64,000 nt of DNA from Podarcis filfolensis (taxonomy: Eukaryota), in NCBI GenBank assembly GCA_964270895.1, contig OZ185441.1. One strand, given 5' to 3'. The notes beneath the pieces are model-generated. The model was not told where the DNA came from. It was given only the letters and a program-made list of their open reading frames with translations, and did no database searches. The position numbers and the translations under genes were made by a program. Positions 63,229 to 64,000 of this stretch are shown here, one piece after another (position 1 is the stretch's first letter; every line of letters begins with the position of its first letter).

Positions 63229-64000
63229 ACGATGATGATGCTTACTCTGACAGGCAGTATGTCTCTGTTGTCTTAGGCAACACCTGCAACCGTATCCTTT
63301 TAACTGGAGATACATGAAAGGGTGTGCTCTACCACAAAGCAATGGTCTCTCCTCAGCTTAACATAGGGGTTAGAATCCTCACTGTATTTGTTCTACCCGC
63401 CCCACATGGCAATCCTTGCTCTGATCCAGTACGATTCCTCATGGTGGGTGAATGGAGGTGGAACACTCACAGATATGTTGAGACCTGTGCTTTCAAAGCA
63501 ATGTGTCTTGTATCAAAGGTGAAGTAGCTGAGGGCTAGACAGCAAACCTGGTGGGCCTCTTCTGTCAGGCACTTGCTGCAGGTGGATGAAACACGGCCCC
63601 GTGCTTCCATTCTCACCTTTTTACCTATTGTTTTTCATCCTATCTCTGCAGATCAGCTTTGATCAAATGTCCTAACATATTATTATAACACCTGCCTCTT
63701 CCTCATCTCTTTTTACATATTTTGCTGTGATTTGCCCCCCGCTCACTAGAATGAAAGTATTTAATTTTTAGCAGATACTAATGAATGCACAGTGTGATTA
63801 ACAGTGCAATCCTATGTGTGTATACTCAGAAGTAAGTTCCATTGTTTTCAGTGCAGCTTGCTCCCCGGTTAAGTGTTCAATTTACAGGAGGTCAACTTGC
63901 AATCCTGCAGATGCTCATCAGGGAATAAACCTCAGTGAAAATAGCAGAAATTACTTCCAAGCATCGGTCATACTGTGCGGAGGCTTTCTCCAGCAAGGAT

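Noticed and set aside
54200-64000. Search for VPS13B or another gene 3' of OSR2
   Set aside because: No ORF or exon with recognisable homology. The ORFs at 56216-56522 and 61274-61846 are intergenic or repeat-derived.

Overview
Vertebrate (squamate, most likely lacertid lizard, inferred from Sauria-type SINEs, a Bov-B fragment and the MITE complement) genomic DNA. It holds the 5' half of STK3/MST2 on the minus strand (coding exons 1-6, 681 nt = 227 codons, all GT-AG; the rest lies left of position 1). Head-to-head about 29 kb away is OSR2 on the plus strand (coding exons at 48213-48916 and 50409-50508, plus a last coding exon starting at 52135 that runs into a 156-N assembly gap). OSR2 sits in a broad CpG-retaining domain (~28.9-54.2 kb). 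The rest is non-coding and rich in transposons: Tc1/mariner, hAT and Harbinger-like MITEs, tRNA-derived SINEs, and Bov-B, L2, CR1, Penelope-like and RTE-like fragments, plus microsatellites. I found no CRISPR array, rRNA or true tRNA, and no evidence of a new protein-coding system. Most notable observations: (i) OSR2 exon 2 has ~97% GC3 and Ala/Gly-rich segments, next to a ~39% GC3 exon; (ii) a ~90-bp TWA-flanked MITE family clusters around OSR2 exon 3; (iii) decayed hammerhead-ribozyme relics and one weak HDV-like candidate lie in retroelement fragments; (iv) the gap hides OSR2 zinc fingers 4-5 and the alternative acceptor. Exon coordinates were counted base by base; most repeat boundaries without a TSD are approximate. 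Comparisons to mammalian proteins and repeat consensi are from memory, not from searches.
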